Source of the DNA: Desulfosudaceae bacterium
Lineage (GTDB): Bacteria > Desulfobacterota > Desulfobacteria > Desulfobacterales > Desulfosudaceae
NCBI GenBank assembly: GCA_963674745.2
Contig: CAXXDV010000003.1
Coordinates: forward strand, 1,472,001-1,536,000
DNA length: 64,000 nucleotides
Reading direction: 5' to 3'
Shown here: positions 30,925 through 40,208 of the stretch, one piece after another
Position numbering within the stretch: the first letter of the stretch is position 1
Layout of the letters: every line of letters starts with the position of its first letter
Notes under the pieces: model-generated
Database searches by the model: none
Told to the model about the DNA's origin: nothing
The model's input: only the letters and a program-made list of their open reading frames with translations
Made by a program: the position numbers and the translations under genes

Positions 30925-31419
30925 TTGAATCCACCGGGGCATGATGATATAAATTTTTCTGTTGAATTTCTTCCCATTGAGGCGGAATGCCTTAATTTTA
31001 TTAATGCTGATTTAATTTCAAAAGGCTTATCCCCTTTTCAGCCGGACAAAGCAGCTATCGCCTCAGGGAAAATAATGATTCAACAAATCAATGATTGCGT
31101 CCGCCGGGGAGAATCATTCGCGTTTGAAACAACATTCAGCGGCAAGGGATATGCAGAAAAAATCAGAAACTGGAAGTCGTTTGGCTATGAAGTTATCATC
31201 TACTATCTGAAACTGCCGACGGTGGATTTTGCCATCGAACGTGTGCGATTAAGGGTCTCGCAAGGCGGGCATAATGTGCCGGAAGATGTTATCCGGCGTC
31301 GATATGACAGGAGCTGGGAAAACTTTCAAAATATCTATAAACAACTGGCTGATTCATGGACGTTGATCGATACCACCGAAACGCTGCCAGTAATTATTGA
31401 AGAGTCCAGGAGACAATAA
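30925..31419 (+). pseudogene. Zeta-toxin-like P-loop protein lacking its N-terminal Walker A
   Basis: EFLPIEAECLNFINADLI, SFAFETTFSG, RVSQGGHNVPE typical of the family, but the expected N-terminal GPNGAGKTT is replaced by repeat-derived sequence. Confidence 0.7.
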
Positions 31420-31613
31420 TGGAAGAATACAGCGATTATTCTCTAATGGCACTAAAAGCGTTGCGCCGGGCTGCAGCCAAAGTGGCTGAAGACGCCATCC
31501 GCAAGAACTATAAAATCCCATACTGGGAAAACGGTAAAATTGTATATAAAACCCCCGAAATCCCCACCGAATTCTCTTCCAACGATTCTGTCGCAGAGCG
31601 TCAGGAATTATAG
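31419..31613 (+). CDS. Small hypothetical protein, usual partner of zeta-toxin-like gene
   Basis: Coupled TAATG junction; ALKALRRA...IPYWENGKIV pattern. Confidence 0.65.
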   Translation: MEEYSDYSLMALKALRRAAAKVAEDAIRKNYKIPYWENGKIVYKTPEIPTEFSSNDSVAERQEL

Positions 31614-31660
31614 AAACGAATTTGCGCTATCGGGTATCACAGGTTCTCTTTATCGGGTGC

Positions 31661-31768
31661 CACGGGCCAAGCGACAGCTTGCCCGTGCAAAACAATACCT
31701 TCCCTCGTCATTCCCCGACTTGATCGGGGAATCCAGCCCTGTAGGGTGGATAAGCGACAGCGCATCCA
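31661..31768 (+). repeat. Cluster of three palindromic elements (REP-like and ATTCCC..GGGAAT-like)
   Basis: CACGGGCCAAGCGACAGCTTGCCCGTG; GTCATTCCCCGACTTGATCGGGGAATCCA; GTAGGGTGGATAAGCGACAGCGCATCCA (inverted near-copy at 47158-47184). Confidence 0.8.
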
Positions 31769-31801
31769 GGGCGAACAGGATTTCAAGGAGCTTTTTTTAA
31801 T

Positions 31802-32089
31802 ATGGATACGGATGATTTGTCGGATAAGGCCTATGACCTTATTGTTCAGGCCGCCCGGGTGTCTGATACCCTGAAAGCGGAGCTTGGCGCAATGAGCGCC
31901 AGGAGCCGGGACGAGAAAGAGTGGCTTAACAACGTGAGATCATGTCTTAGAAAAATTGCCGCAGACCCGCAGGATTATGTGGATTACTGGAATCTTGAAG
32001 AGGCGGAAGGCGTCACTCCGGCCATGATAAAGGATTGTGCCATCCGGCTCTGTTGCCTGATGGATGAATTGAAGGCCATGCGATTATAA
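31802..32089 (+). CDS. Hypothetical protein
   Basis: AAGGAG RBS, ATG start, coupled to downstream gene. Confidence 0.7.
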   Translation: MDTDDLSDKAYDLIVQAARVSDTLKAELGAMSARSRDEKEWLNNVRSCLRKIAADPQDYVDYWNLEEAEGVTPAMIKDCAIRLCCLMDELKAMRL

Positions 32090-32778
32090 TGAAAAAAAAG
32101 AAATCATCAGACAATCAGCTTAAAGTATTCATCTCGAATCGCGAGTCAAAATGTGATGAATGCGGGCAGGAACTTGGCCGTCACGCCTGGATCGTCCTCA
32201 AAGAGAATAAAGGCGCGGCCTGTTTAACCTGTGCGGACCTGGATCATCTGGTCTTTCTGCCGTCGGGCGATGCGGCGCTGACGCGCCGTTCAAGAAAACA
32301 CTCACGGCTTTTTGCCGTTGTTTTGAAGTGGAGTCGCGCGCGAAAACGTTACGAGCGGCAGGGCCTCCTTGTCGAAGACAGCGCCCTTGAACTTGCCGAA
32401 TGGGAGTGCGAGGCTGATGCGGAAAAACGGAAAATCCGACAGACCCAGGCCGCGCTTCGTCGCGCGGAGCTTGACGAGGAATACATCAGGTGTTTTGCCA
32501 TTCGTGTTCGAGAGGTTTATCCACACTGCCCCGCTGAGCGGGAAATACGCATTGCCGAACACGCCTGCCGGAAGTACAGCGGTCGTGTAGGGCGCAGCGC
32601 CGCTGCCAAAGACCTGGACGAAAACGCTGTCCGTCTGGCTGTAGCTGCACATGTCCGGCACACGGAAACAGAATATGACGCGCTTCTTGCGCGCATGGTT
32701 GAAAGGCATAACGCCCGCGCCAGGGTACGGGATACTGTTGCGGAAGTATTACACCGATGGGAATACGGAGGCCCCTGA
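32089..32778 (+). CDS. DUF2293 domain-containing protein
   Basis: CDECG...CLTCADLDHL, GDAALTRR, SGRVGRS, AVAAHVRHTETEYD. Confidence 0.85.
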   Translation: MKKKKSSDNQLKVFISNRESKCDECGQELGRHAWIVLKENKGAACLTCADLDHLVFLPSGDAALTRRSRKHSRLFAVVLKWSRARKRYERQGLLVEDSALELAEWECEADAEKRKIRQTQAALRRAELDEEYIRCFAIRVREVYPHCPAEREIRIAEHACRKYSGRVGRSAAAKDLDENAVRLAVAAHVRHTETEYDALLARMVERHNARARVRDTVAEVLHRWEYGGP

Positions 32779-33047
32779 CCGACCGGTTCCAGCGTCTTAA
32801 CCCTGAAAACAGAACTTCAATGTTCTGGACGGTGTAGTTTCGAATACTCATTTTAGGGTCAAAAAGGGCATTCTAAGCCTTATTTTGTAGTGATTTTTGG
32901 ACATATTTTCTTTTATATGAATACCTTGCCTTGGTCCGACCCGATTTGACGATGTTATCATCATCCAATTAATCATAGCCCAACCTGCCCGCAATTAGTA
33001 TACTGTCCACGGATTTGGCCTTTTTCGCCACTCCAAAAACCATCCAT

Positions 33048-34292
33048 ATGAATAAAACGAATGACAACATATTGAAATCATTATCGACTATATTAATGCT
33101 GGTTTTTATTGCCGTGGGGTTTCAGGGGTGTTCCTTATCGAAGGTTAAACCTGAAAAGGTTGACGGGTCAGCGCTTAAAAAACTGTCTGTGAGCCGGTAT
33201 CCTGAATTTACGGATGATATGAACTACGACGGATTAAAAGAGGCCATTCAGGAAAGCCTGACATATCTCAGAAAACTTCCGCCTGATCGCAAGTTCCGGT
33301 TTGACGAAGATGCGTATGATACACAGCATATGATTAAGACCCTGGCGCTTTTGGGGGACTTCCTGGGATATGCGCCATCAAAAGAATCGCTGAACAAATT
33401 TATCCGGTCCTGCTTTCAGGTGTATAAGGCCCGTGGCCGTAAAGAAACCGGGGATGTTCTTTTTACCGGATACTATGAACCCGCACTTGAGGCAAGCGCA
33501 TCGCCAGGCCCGGCGTTTCCTTATCCTGTTTTTGCACGCCCGGAGGATCATGTTGTTATTGATCTCCCCCGGTTTGGTCCCCGTTTCAAGGGGGAGAAGA
33601 AAATCGTCGGGCGGGTTACGGATGACAGAACAATCATTCCTTACTATGACCGCAGGGAAATAAATGAGGGCCGGCTTGCCGGCAAAGTTCACCCCCTGGC
33701 TTATGTGAAGGATCGGGTGGATCTTTTTTTTCTCCAAATACAAGGGTCCGGGAAACTCTATATTGACGGCGGGGCCCCTTTTTACGTTCAGTATCAGACG
33801 ACAAACGGTCATCCCTATAAAAGTATCGGTGCCTTGCTGATCCGTGAAGGCAAAATTGCCAGGGAAGAGATGTCCATGCAGAAGATCAGGTCCTATCTTC
33901 GTGAACATCCGGATGAGGTTGATGATGTGCTGAACTATAATCCGAGTTATGTATTTTTTAAGCTGAACAAAGACGGGCCCTACGGCTGTTACGGAACAAA
34001 AGTGACTGCCGGAAGATCGGTAGCGCTGGAAAAAAGGTTATTCCCGGCCGCTGCCGTGGGATTTATGACCTCTCAAAAACCTGTTGTAGATGCCGCGGGG
34101 AATATCAGCAAATGGCAGGATTTCAGCCGCTTTGTGCTGAACCAGGATACGGGCGGCGCCATCAAGGGACCGGGCCGGGCGGATCTGTTCTGGGGCGATG
34201 GTCCGTATGCTGAGATCGCAGCCGGATATTCGCAGCACCCGGGCGAGCTCTATTTTTTTATATTAAGGGCGCCCGCCCTCCCCTTACCATAA
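33048..34292 (+). CDS. mltA: Membrane-bound lytic murein transglycosylase A
   Basis: Lipobox FQGC, FTGYYEP, LQIQGSG, NPSYVFF, QDTGGAIKGPGRADLFWG. Confidence 0.95.
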   Translation: MNKTNDNILKSLSTILMLVFIAVGFQGCSLSKVKPEKVDGSALKKLSVSRYPEFTDDMNYDGLKEAIQESLTYLRKLPPDRKFRFDEDAYDTQHMIKTLALLGDFLGYAPSKESLNKFIRSCFQVYKARGRKETGDVLFTGYYEPALEASASPGPAFPYPVFARPEDHVVIDLPRFGPRFKGEKKIVGRVTDDRTIIPYYDRREINEGRLAGKVHPLAYVKDRVDLFFLQIQGSGKLYIDGGAPFYVQYQTTNGHPYKSIGALLIREGKIAREEMSMQKIRSYLREHPDEVDDVLNYNPSYVFFKLNKDGPYGCYGTKVTAGRSVALEKRLFPAAAVGFMTSQKPVVDAAGNISKWQDFSRFVLNQDTGGAIKGPGRADLFWGDGPYAEIAAGYSQHPGELYFFILRAPALPLP

Positions 34293-34335
34293 ACGACCGG
34301 ATTCTCCAGCTACTCAGGACCTGGATAAAATCAAA

Positions 34336-34400
34336 ATTCCGGGGACAGCATATCTATTTCATATTCAACATGACCGAAATAAGTATACTGTTCCCGGAAT
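34336..34400. repeat. Inverted pair of 25-bp GGGGACAG/CTGTCCCC-type REP elements at left island border
   Basis: ATTCCGGGGACAGCATATCTATTTC (34336-34360) and GAAATAAGTATACTGTTCCCGGAAT (34376-34400), 21/25 complementary. Confidence 0.8.
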
Positions 34401-34535
34401 ACCTTCATCCCCCCCCCTCACCTTCCCGGCAAGTGACGCGCAGCGGAATCCCGGGTCGAGTCCAGGACAGGCTTAAGCCGGGGGCAAGTATAAAAATATG
34501 ATCATCCTCTAGCAAATCCCGCGTGTGGGAAAATC

Positions 34536-34564
34536 TTGACACCCTAGACCGCCTTTGTTATACA
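34536..34564 (+). promoter_or_regulatory. Putative sigma70 promoter of island + operon
   Basis: TTGACA-17 bp-TATACA with extended TG. Confidence 0.5.
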
Positions 34565-34714
34565 TAACAGCGAAAAAAAACAAGTTCTTATGCTTTTTGT
34601 ATCCTATTAGGTCATAAGAATGCTGCAAAAATTTACAAGTATTAAATCTTCCAATTGGGAGCTAATCAAACCATTACAATACAATTAAAAATCAATATAT
34701 AAGTTGAGATTCTT

Positions 34715-35650
34715 ATGAACTATCCAAAGATTACAATAGCCGGGGATTTAGGAAGTGGGAAAAGCACCATTGCCCAAAAAATATCAAAAAAATTATCAAT
34801 TAAAAGTTACTCTACTGGAGATATCCAACGGAAAATAGCGGAAAAATATGACAAAACAACACTTGAACTTAATGAATATATGAAAACTCATCCTGAAATT
34901 GATGAGGAAATTGATAATTTTACAATCAGTTTAAGTGAAAAAGAAGAGTCGTTTATCATTGATTCAAGAATGGCATGGCATTTTATAGAAGGAGCCTTTA
35001 ATCTTTTTTTGAAAGTAAGACCCGAAGTCGCGGCACAAAGAATTTTTGATGATCAAATAAGAATCAGCGAAACATATAAAAATGTTAACGAGGCATTAAA
35101 TAACATTTTGGAAAGAAAACTTATCGAGAATGATAGATTTAAACAATTATATGGGGTCGATTGTGAGAATATTGCCAACTATGATATGGTTGTAAACACT
35201 TCAAACGTCCCAGTTGATGCTATAGTGAATATTATATTAAGTGAATTTGATAAATGGAAAAACGACAAACATACCCCCTATTATTGGATCAACCCAAAAT
35301 TATTAATTCCAACACAGGATGTTATCGTGCTGGGAAGAGATGAAGGTAAGCAAGTCTATGATTCAATGCAGTGTAATGGGTTTAATTATGAGTTTCCGGT
35401 TTTAGCGATAAATATTGAAAATATTTCTTATATTTACGATGGGCACAAACGGACAAGCGCTGCGATAATGCATAATATACCTTTGGTTCCAATAGTTGTA
35501 ATAGCTACTGATGACGAAAAAATGCCCTTTAATATTACGGCTAAGCAGTTTGTAAAAACAGAATCGATTCAAAATTATATTTATAACTGGGAGAGTTGTC
35601 ATCGCTATAACTTTTCAGACTACATAAATGAAAATTTTTTTAAGGAATAA
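34715..35650 (+). CDS. Archaeal-type cytidylate kinase fused to ParB/sulfiredoxin-like domain
   Basis: ITIAGDLGSGKST, STGDIQR, IIDSRMAWHF, RFKQLYGVD, YDMVVNTS; C-terminal LIPTQ...PVL...IYDGHKRTSAA...VP. Confidence 0.85.
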   Translation: MNYPKITIAGDLGSGKSTIAQKISKKLSIKSYSTGDIQRKIAEKYDKTTLELNEYMKTHPEIDEEIDNFTISLSEKEESFIIDSRMAWHFIEGAFNLFLKVRPEVAAQRIFDDQIRISETYKNVNEALNNILERKLIENDRFKQLYGVDCENIANYDMVVNTSNVPVDAIVNIILSEFDKWKNDKHTPYYWINPKLLIPTQDVIVLGRDEGKQVYDSMQCNGFNYEFPVLAINIENISYIYDGHKRTSAAIMHNIPLVPIVVIATDDEKMPFNITAKQFVKTESIQNYIYNWESCHRYNFSDYINENFFKE

Positions 35651-35652
35651 CA

Positions 35653-38136
35653 ATGCCATCTGTTGAAAATGATTTATACGACACTTATCTGTCCGAAAAA
35701 AATGAAATAGACAACATTGATGATATTTTATCCCAAACTTTAAAAATATTTAATGATTTCTATGACAATGATACAGCCTGGCCATACGAAATTCGTCATG
35801 ATGAAAATGATGGAAAAGCTAAAAGACCAAACCGTTTCTCTTTCAGCACTACAATTATGATTCTTCATTCCATCGCGGCATCTTTAGGAAAGTTAAAGGG
35901 ATCTCATATCGCATTTGGCATAGATAGAAATAGTTGTATTTTCAAAATTCCGAAAATATATAAAGAGCTTACTGAAGACCTATTGGAAAAGTATGAAAAA
36001 AGTCTGGAATTAATTATCCAAAAATCCAAATTAGAAAAAAAAGTAAACAAAATACATGTTACTTTTGACTCATCAAATTTTGGAATAAATGATCCTTTTT
36101 CTTATTCATGGTTTTTAGAAATATTCTATTCTCACTCCAATGGTAAGCATTCGGAATACAAATCACAGTTAATTAAAGACGCCATTGGGATGCTTGAAAG
36201 GTCAATCAAGAGCTTAGAAAAAGGCGACAAAGGGTTCTTAATATGGCGCAATAAAAAAGAATTAAAACATTATGAATCATTGCGTCATTCTTTTCCATTA
36301 TTACGTGCTATCAATGTTTTACTCGTTTTATATAAAAATGAAGAAAATGAGGTTAAATCTTTATTTGAGAATAATATTGAAAAATTATCACAACATTGTC
36401 TTTCGTGCATCTATCGACATTTATCGTTAAAGGACATAGAACATGGCGACTTTGATGTTGCTGAGCTTGTTTTAAGCCTTGAGGCTTATCTTTTACTGAC
36501 ACAACAATCGAAAATAAATATCAATAAAAATATGCTAGATAGAATTTTTAATATAATTGAGGAAAGTCAAAAGACAAGCACATATTGGAGGCCATTAAAG
36601 CCATTTGTCAAAACAAAATCAGGTTTTGTCCTATTGCCATTAAGTATCGAAATAACGAACTCTTTGTTAAGGATATGCCACATTATTCGCGAATCATATT
36701 TACAAGAAGATTATTTTACTCCATATGTTCATATTTTCAGAAAGTACACAACATGGTTATTGACTAGAGTAGAAAAGAATCACACTAGCCATTCTAGCGA
36801 TCAAAAACAATTTACAGGCTGGCACTCAGAGAATGTGCTTGAAACTGGTGTTGTCCACCCTTGGGATACATCTCAAGTGGTTTTATTTTTACTTCAATAT
36901 AGAGCAAGCCTAAAAGAACACATTGCAAAGAAATCATTAGAAGAAACAAATTTATATTCATATAAAATATCAAGGAAAAAACACAATAAATCATCGTCCC
37001 CAATAGATGCAATGCAATACTGGATAGATAATTGGCAGGACACTGAACCTCTATCCTCCTTGACTGAAGAGAGCAGTTATTGTGTTTTAAAAAGAATTGG
37101 AGAGAAATACATTAAACCACGGTTAGAGAATAATGATGGAGAAGACCCTTTTTATTCTATGTTATTATATGGCCCACCTGGAACAGGGAAAACCGCTATA
37201 GCTGAAGAAATTGCGAAAAGCCTTCAATGGAATTTCATAAACATCACGCCCAGCAACTTTATCAAAAAAGGTGAGTCTGAAGTTGAAAATAGAGCCAATA
37301 ATATCTTTACAGCACTATTGGAACAAAATAATTGTGTTATTTTATTTGATGAAATCGATCGCTTAATTCTGGATAGGGATTCTGGTGATTATCATAAGCA
37401 GAGCGATATTTTTCAATTCATGACACCAAGTATGCTTGTAAAATTCAAAAAATTAAGAGATAAGAATAATTCTATTTTCATTATTGCAACAAATTATGAA
37501 GAACGTATAGACCCTGCAATAAAAAGAGTTGGTAGAATAGATGAAAATTTTTTGATTGTTCCACCAGATTCAGCCCAAAGATGGAACATTATAAAAAAAA
37601 TATTAGCTTCCGAAAAAAATCAGGAATTAAAGTCTATATACGATCGAATCAATAAGGATGATATAATAACAACAATAGAGAGAACTTGCTTATATAAATT
37701 TGGTGAACTGAAAAAGCTGACTAATGACGTTATGAATGAATTTGCTAAAAACGAAATAACAAAAACAGCTTTGGTTTCCTGTTTTGATAGTGCAGAAATC
37801 CCACCCCCTGAGCTTACGTTGTCAAAATATAAAAACTTGATATTTAAAAATAATAGGAAAAATAATAACATCACCTCGAATCAAAAGCCGTATGAAGAAT
37901 ACCTTATTCTTTTTTATTTAAAATATATTGATGTCCACAACGAGTCTTCCCAAGATAGAACTGACGTTGTGAATTTTCAAAAAGTAGTCAAAGGAATATG
38001 TAATAACAAAACTCCCAAAATCGAAAGGGATTTCAAAGATTCAATCAAGCCGGTAATCAAAGACAATTATATAATAAACAAATTGTATACTTTTTATAAT
38101 AATATCCCAAGTGATGGTAATGGACAGAATAAATAG
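35653..38136 (+). CDS. AAA+ ATPase with ~490-aa uncharacterised helical N-terminal region
   Basis: LLYGPPGTGKT, ILFDEIDRL, ATNYEERIDPAIKRVGRID (SRH). Confidence 0.88.
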   Translation: MPSVENDLYDTYLSEKNEIDNIDDILSQTLKIFNDFYDNDTAWPYEIRHDENDGKAKRPNRFSFSTTIMILHSIAASLGKLKGSHIAFGIDRNSCIFKIPKIYKELTEDLLEKYEKSLELIIQKSKLEKKVNKIHVTFDSSNFGINDPFSYSWFLEIFYSHSNGKHSEYKSQLIKDAIGMLERSIKSLEKGDKGFLIWRNKKELKHYESLRHSFPLLRAINVLLVLYKNEENEVKSLFENNIEKLSQHCLSCIYRHLSLKDIEHGDFDVAELVLSLEAYLLLTQQSKININKNMLDRIFNIIEESQKTSTYWRPLKPFVKTKSGFVLLPLSIEITNSLLRICHIIRESYLQEDYFTPYVHIFRKYTTWLLTRVEKNHTSHSSDQKQFTGWHSENVLETGVVHPWDTSQVVLFLLQYRASLKEHIAKKSLEETNLYSYKISRKKHNKSSSPIDAMQYWIDNWQDTEPLSSLTEESSYCVLKRIGEKYIKPRLENNDGEDPFYSMLLYGPPGTGKTAIAEEIAKSLQWNFINITPSNFIKKGESEVENRANNIFTALLEQNNCVILFDEIDRLILDRDSGDYHKQSDIFQFMTPSMLVKFKKLRDKNNSIFIIATNYEERIDPAIKRVGRIDENFLIVPPDSAQRWNIIKKILASEKNQELKSIYDRINKDDIITTIERTCLYKFGELKKLTNDVMNEFAKNEITKTALVSCFDSAEIPPPELTLSKYKNLIFKNNRKNNNITSNQKPYEEYLILFYLKYIDVHNESSQDRTDVVNFQKVVKGICNNKTPKIERDFKDSIKPVIKDNYIINKLYTFYNNIPSDGNGQNK

Positions 38137-40171
38137 CCCCTATAAAAGCAGTTATATTGACAAATTGTCTGAACAATTAAAATGCATTGTGCATAAAGGT
38201 GATAATTTTTATGTATCGGCGCCAATTACAAGCGGAAAAAGGTTTATATCTTGGTATAAATCAACAGGGAAAAACCTAAAAGGAAAAGGCGATAATATTT
38301 ACCGCCATGAACACTTTCAATCAGTTATCACTAAAAATATTGAAGAGGCAAACAACAAAATTTGTGCTCTTAAAAATAGTATTGATGGAATTATTATTGA
38401 CCCTTCAAAACTTGAATTTCAAGAATGGGAACAGGACGAATACCGTTATTATTGGGGTAAAATTATTGAACAATATGTTAACACTGTCATTTTCTTAGAT
38501 AGCTGGGAATACAGTAACGGATGCACCTTTGAATTCTTAAAAGCTTCAAATTGTGGTTTAAAAATCTTAAATGAGGATTTAAAGACTTTAACAGTCGTTG
38601 ATGGGTTAGAACTGCTTAACAAGTCAATTCATGCCCTAAAAAAGAATGGACTTCCAACAGCCTATATTGAAAAAATTATAAATGAATTACAAAACATCAT
38701 ATCTATTAACCTCCCCGTTAATTCAAGCCAACAATCTATAGAAGTTTCTTGGACATTAGAGAAGAAAGAGATCGATACTCTTCATTACAAAGATGAAATT
38801 CTTAACGATATAGCATTTTTTGGGAATGTCGCCCAGTTTGTAAGTTTTAACAACGACAATTTTTTATCAAGACGGTTCAATCGAATTTCAGGATTCGAAC
38901 CTAATCATAATTTTGAATCCGCAAAAAATGCAATCGAGCATTTGCTTGAAAATTCAGTTGACCATAAAGTAAATATAAGAAGCTTCCGCCCCGATAATCC
39001 GAAAGGCTGTCCATTCATTTATGGACTTTCGTCTGTTGATGATGTGTTAAATAATATTATCAAATTATCTTCTGAAGGATTATATACAATAGTAAATGAA
39101 ACCATTGATGTATCAGATAGCGGTGTTTCTGGCGTCTTGCTAAATGATTTAATAGAATTTTCTCCTGATGATACGCCGAAATGCGTCGAAAAAGCAGGAA
39201 CTTGTAGGTTGCCACGGATTTTAGGCATAAAACTATTAAGTAAAATTTATGGTTTCTTTCCTCTGCTGAATTATCCGCCTGAATATCGTGTTGAGTTTAG
39301 CATTCACCCGATTAGAAGAGGATTTTTGAAAGAGCATACAATTATTTGGGAAATTGAATATTTTGGAGATGTAAAAAATTCCTTTGAAATTGATTGGCCC
39401 AACAATTTCAGTAGATTTATTGGTGATAAAGCTTTTGGACTTCTACTAGCTGATACGATTCTCTTACCAGTTCCAAAAACACATGTGATAGGAAAAAGAT
39501 TACCTGTATTTAGTTTTGGCCAGAATACGCAGACAAACGAGTATTGGATCAGAACTTGTCCGGAAGTTCCAGAACCAGGTTATTACACAACAAAGTTTGG
39601 ATGGTCTGACCCCTTTGAGTTAATGTCTGAGAAACAAGATGAGGTTAACTGGTCATCTTCAAAATCGCCTGTAAAATCTATTCTTTCCCAAGAAAGTGTC
39701 GAACCGATATGGTCTGGTGCCTTGATGTCAAGTGCCAACTCTTCTAAGCCAGTTATTGAGGGGGTTAAAGGTCGAGGTGATAAATTTATGCTCGGGAAGC
39801 GAATAGAAGTTCTTCCGAATGACGTTATGCAAGCAGTACATCATTTATACAATGCTGCTTTCAGCCAGATTGGGCCAGTTCACATTGAATGGGTTTTTGA
39901 TGGCCAAAAAGCATGGTGTGTGCAAATTCACAAATTGAAAGAGAACAGTATCAGTAGTGATATAATCGTTGAAGGCCATAAAAACACCAAATATGTTAAT
40001 TATTATACAAAGAACGGACTTGACGGATTAAGGTCTCTTATCAAATCAATGTCTGAAGACAACGATGGGGGGGGGGTTAATCTTATTGGCGATATTGGTA
40101 TTACAAGCCATTTTGGTGATCTGTTAAGAAAAGCAAAAATTCCATCCAAGATCGTTCGTTCAGAATCGTAG
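38111..40171 (+). CDS. DUF4406/nucleoside-2-deoxyribosyltransferase-like domain fused to tandem PEP-synthetase-type ATP-grasp domains and phospho-His swivel motif
   Basis: YVSAPITSG...DP...WEYSNGCTFE (DUF4406 pattern); GDKAFGL..LPVP, VIEGVKGRGD, IEWVFDG..CVQ (PPDK_N pattern); GITSHFGDLLRKAKIP (cf. GGxTSHAAIVARELGIP). Start may be ATG 38114/38120. Confidence 0.72.
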   Translation: MMVMDRINSPYKSSYIDKLSEQLKCIVHKGDNFYVSAPITSGKRFISWYKSTGKNLKGKGDNIYRHEHFQSVITKNIEEANNKICALKNSIDGIIIDPSKLEFQEWEQDEYRYYWGKIIEQYVNTVIFLDSWEYSNGCTFEFLKASNCGLKILNEDLKTLTVVDGLELLNKSIHALKKNGLPTAYIEKIINELQNIISINLPVNSSQQSIEVSWTLEKKEIDTLHYKDEILNDIAFFGNVAQFVSFNNDNFLSRRFNRISGFEPNHNFESAKNAIEHLLENSVDHKVNIRSFRPDNPKGCPFIYGLSSVDDVLNNIIKLSSEGLYTIVNETIDVSDSGVSGVLLNDLIEFSPDDTPKCVEKAGTCRLPRILGIKLLSKIYGFFPLLNYPPEYRVEFSIHPIRRGFLKEHTIIWEIEYFGDVKNSFEIDWPNNFSRFIGDKAFGLLLADTILLPVPKTHVIGKRLPVFSFGQNTQTNEYWIRTCPEVPEPGYYTTKFGWSDPFELMSEKQDEVNWSSSKSPVKSILSQESVEPIWSGALMSSANSSKPVIEGVKGRGDKFMLGKRIEVLPNDVMQAVHHLYNAAFSQIGPVHIEWVFDGQKAWCVQIHKLKENSISSDIIVEGHKNTKYVNYYTKNGLDGLRSLIKSMSEDNDGGGVNLIGDIGITSHFGDLLRKAKIPSKIVRSES

Positions 40172-40190
40172 GATACGGTCATAGACATAT

Positions 40191-40208
40191 TAACTTTTAA
40201 AAAAGTTA
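40191..40208. terminator. Short inverted repeat at the junction of the convergent island operons
   Basis: TAACTTTT-AA-AAAAGTTA overlapping the DruA stop codon; AT-only stem so weak. Confidence 0.3.

Noticed and set aside
34300..34500. tRNA or att site at island border
   Set aside because: No cloverleaf or CCA end and no exact direct repeat matching the right border found by eye.
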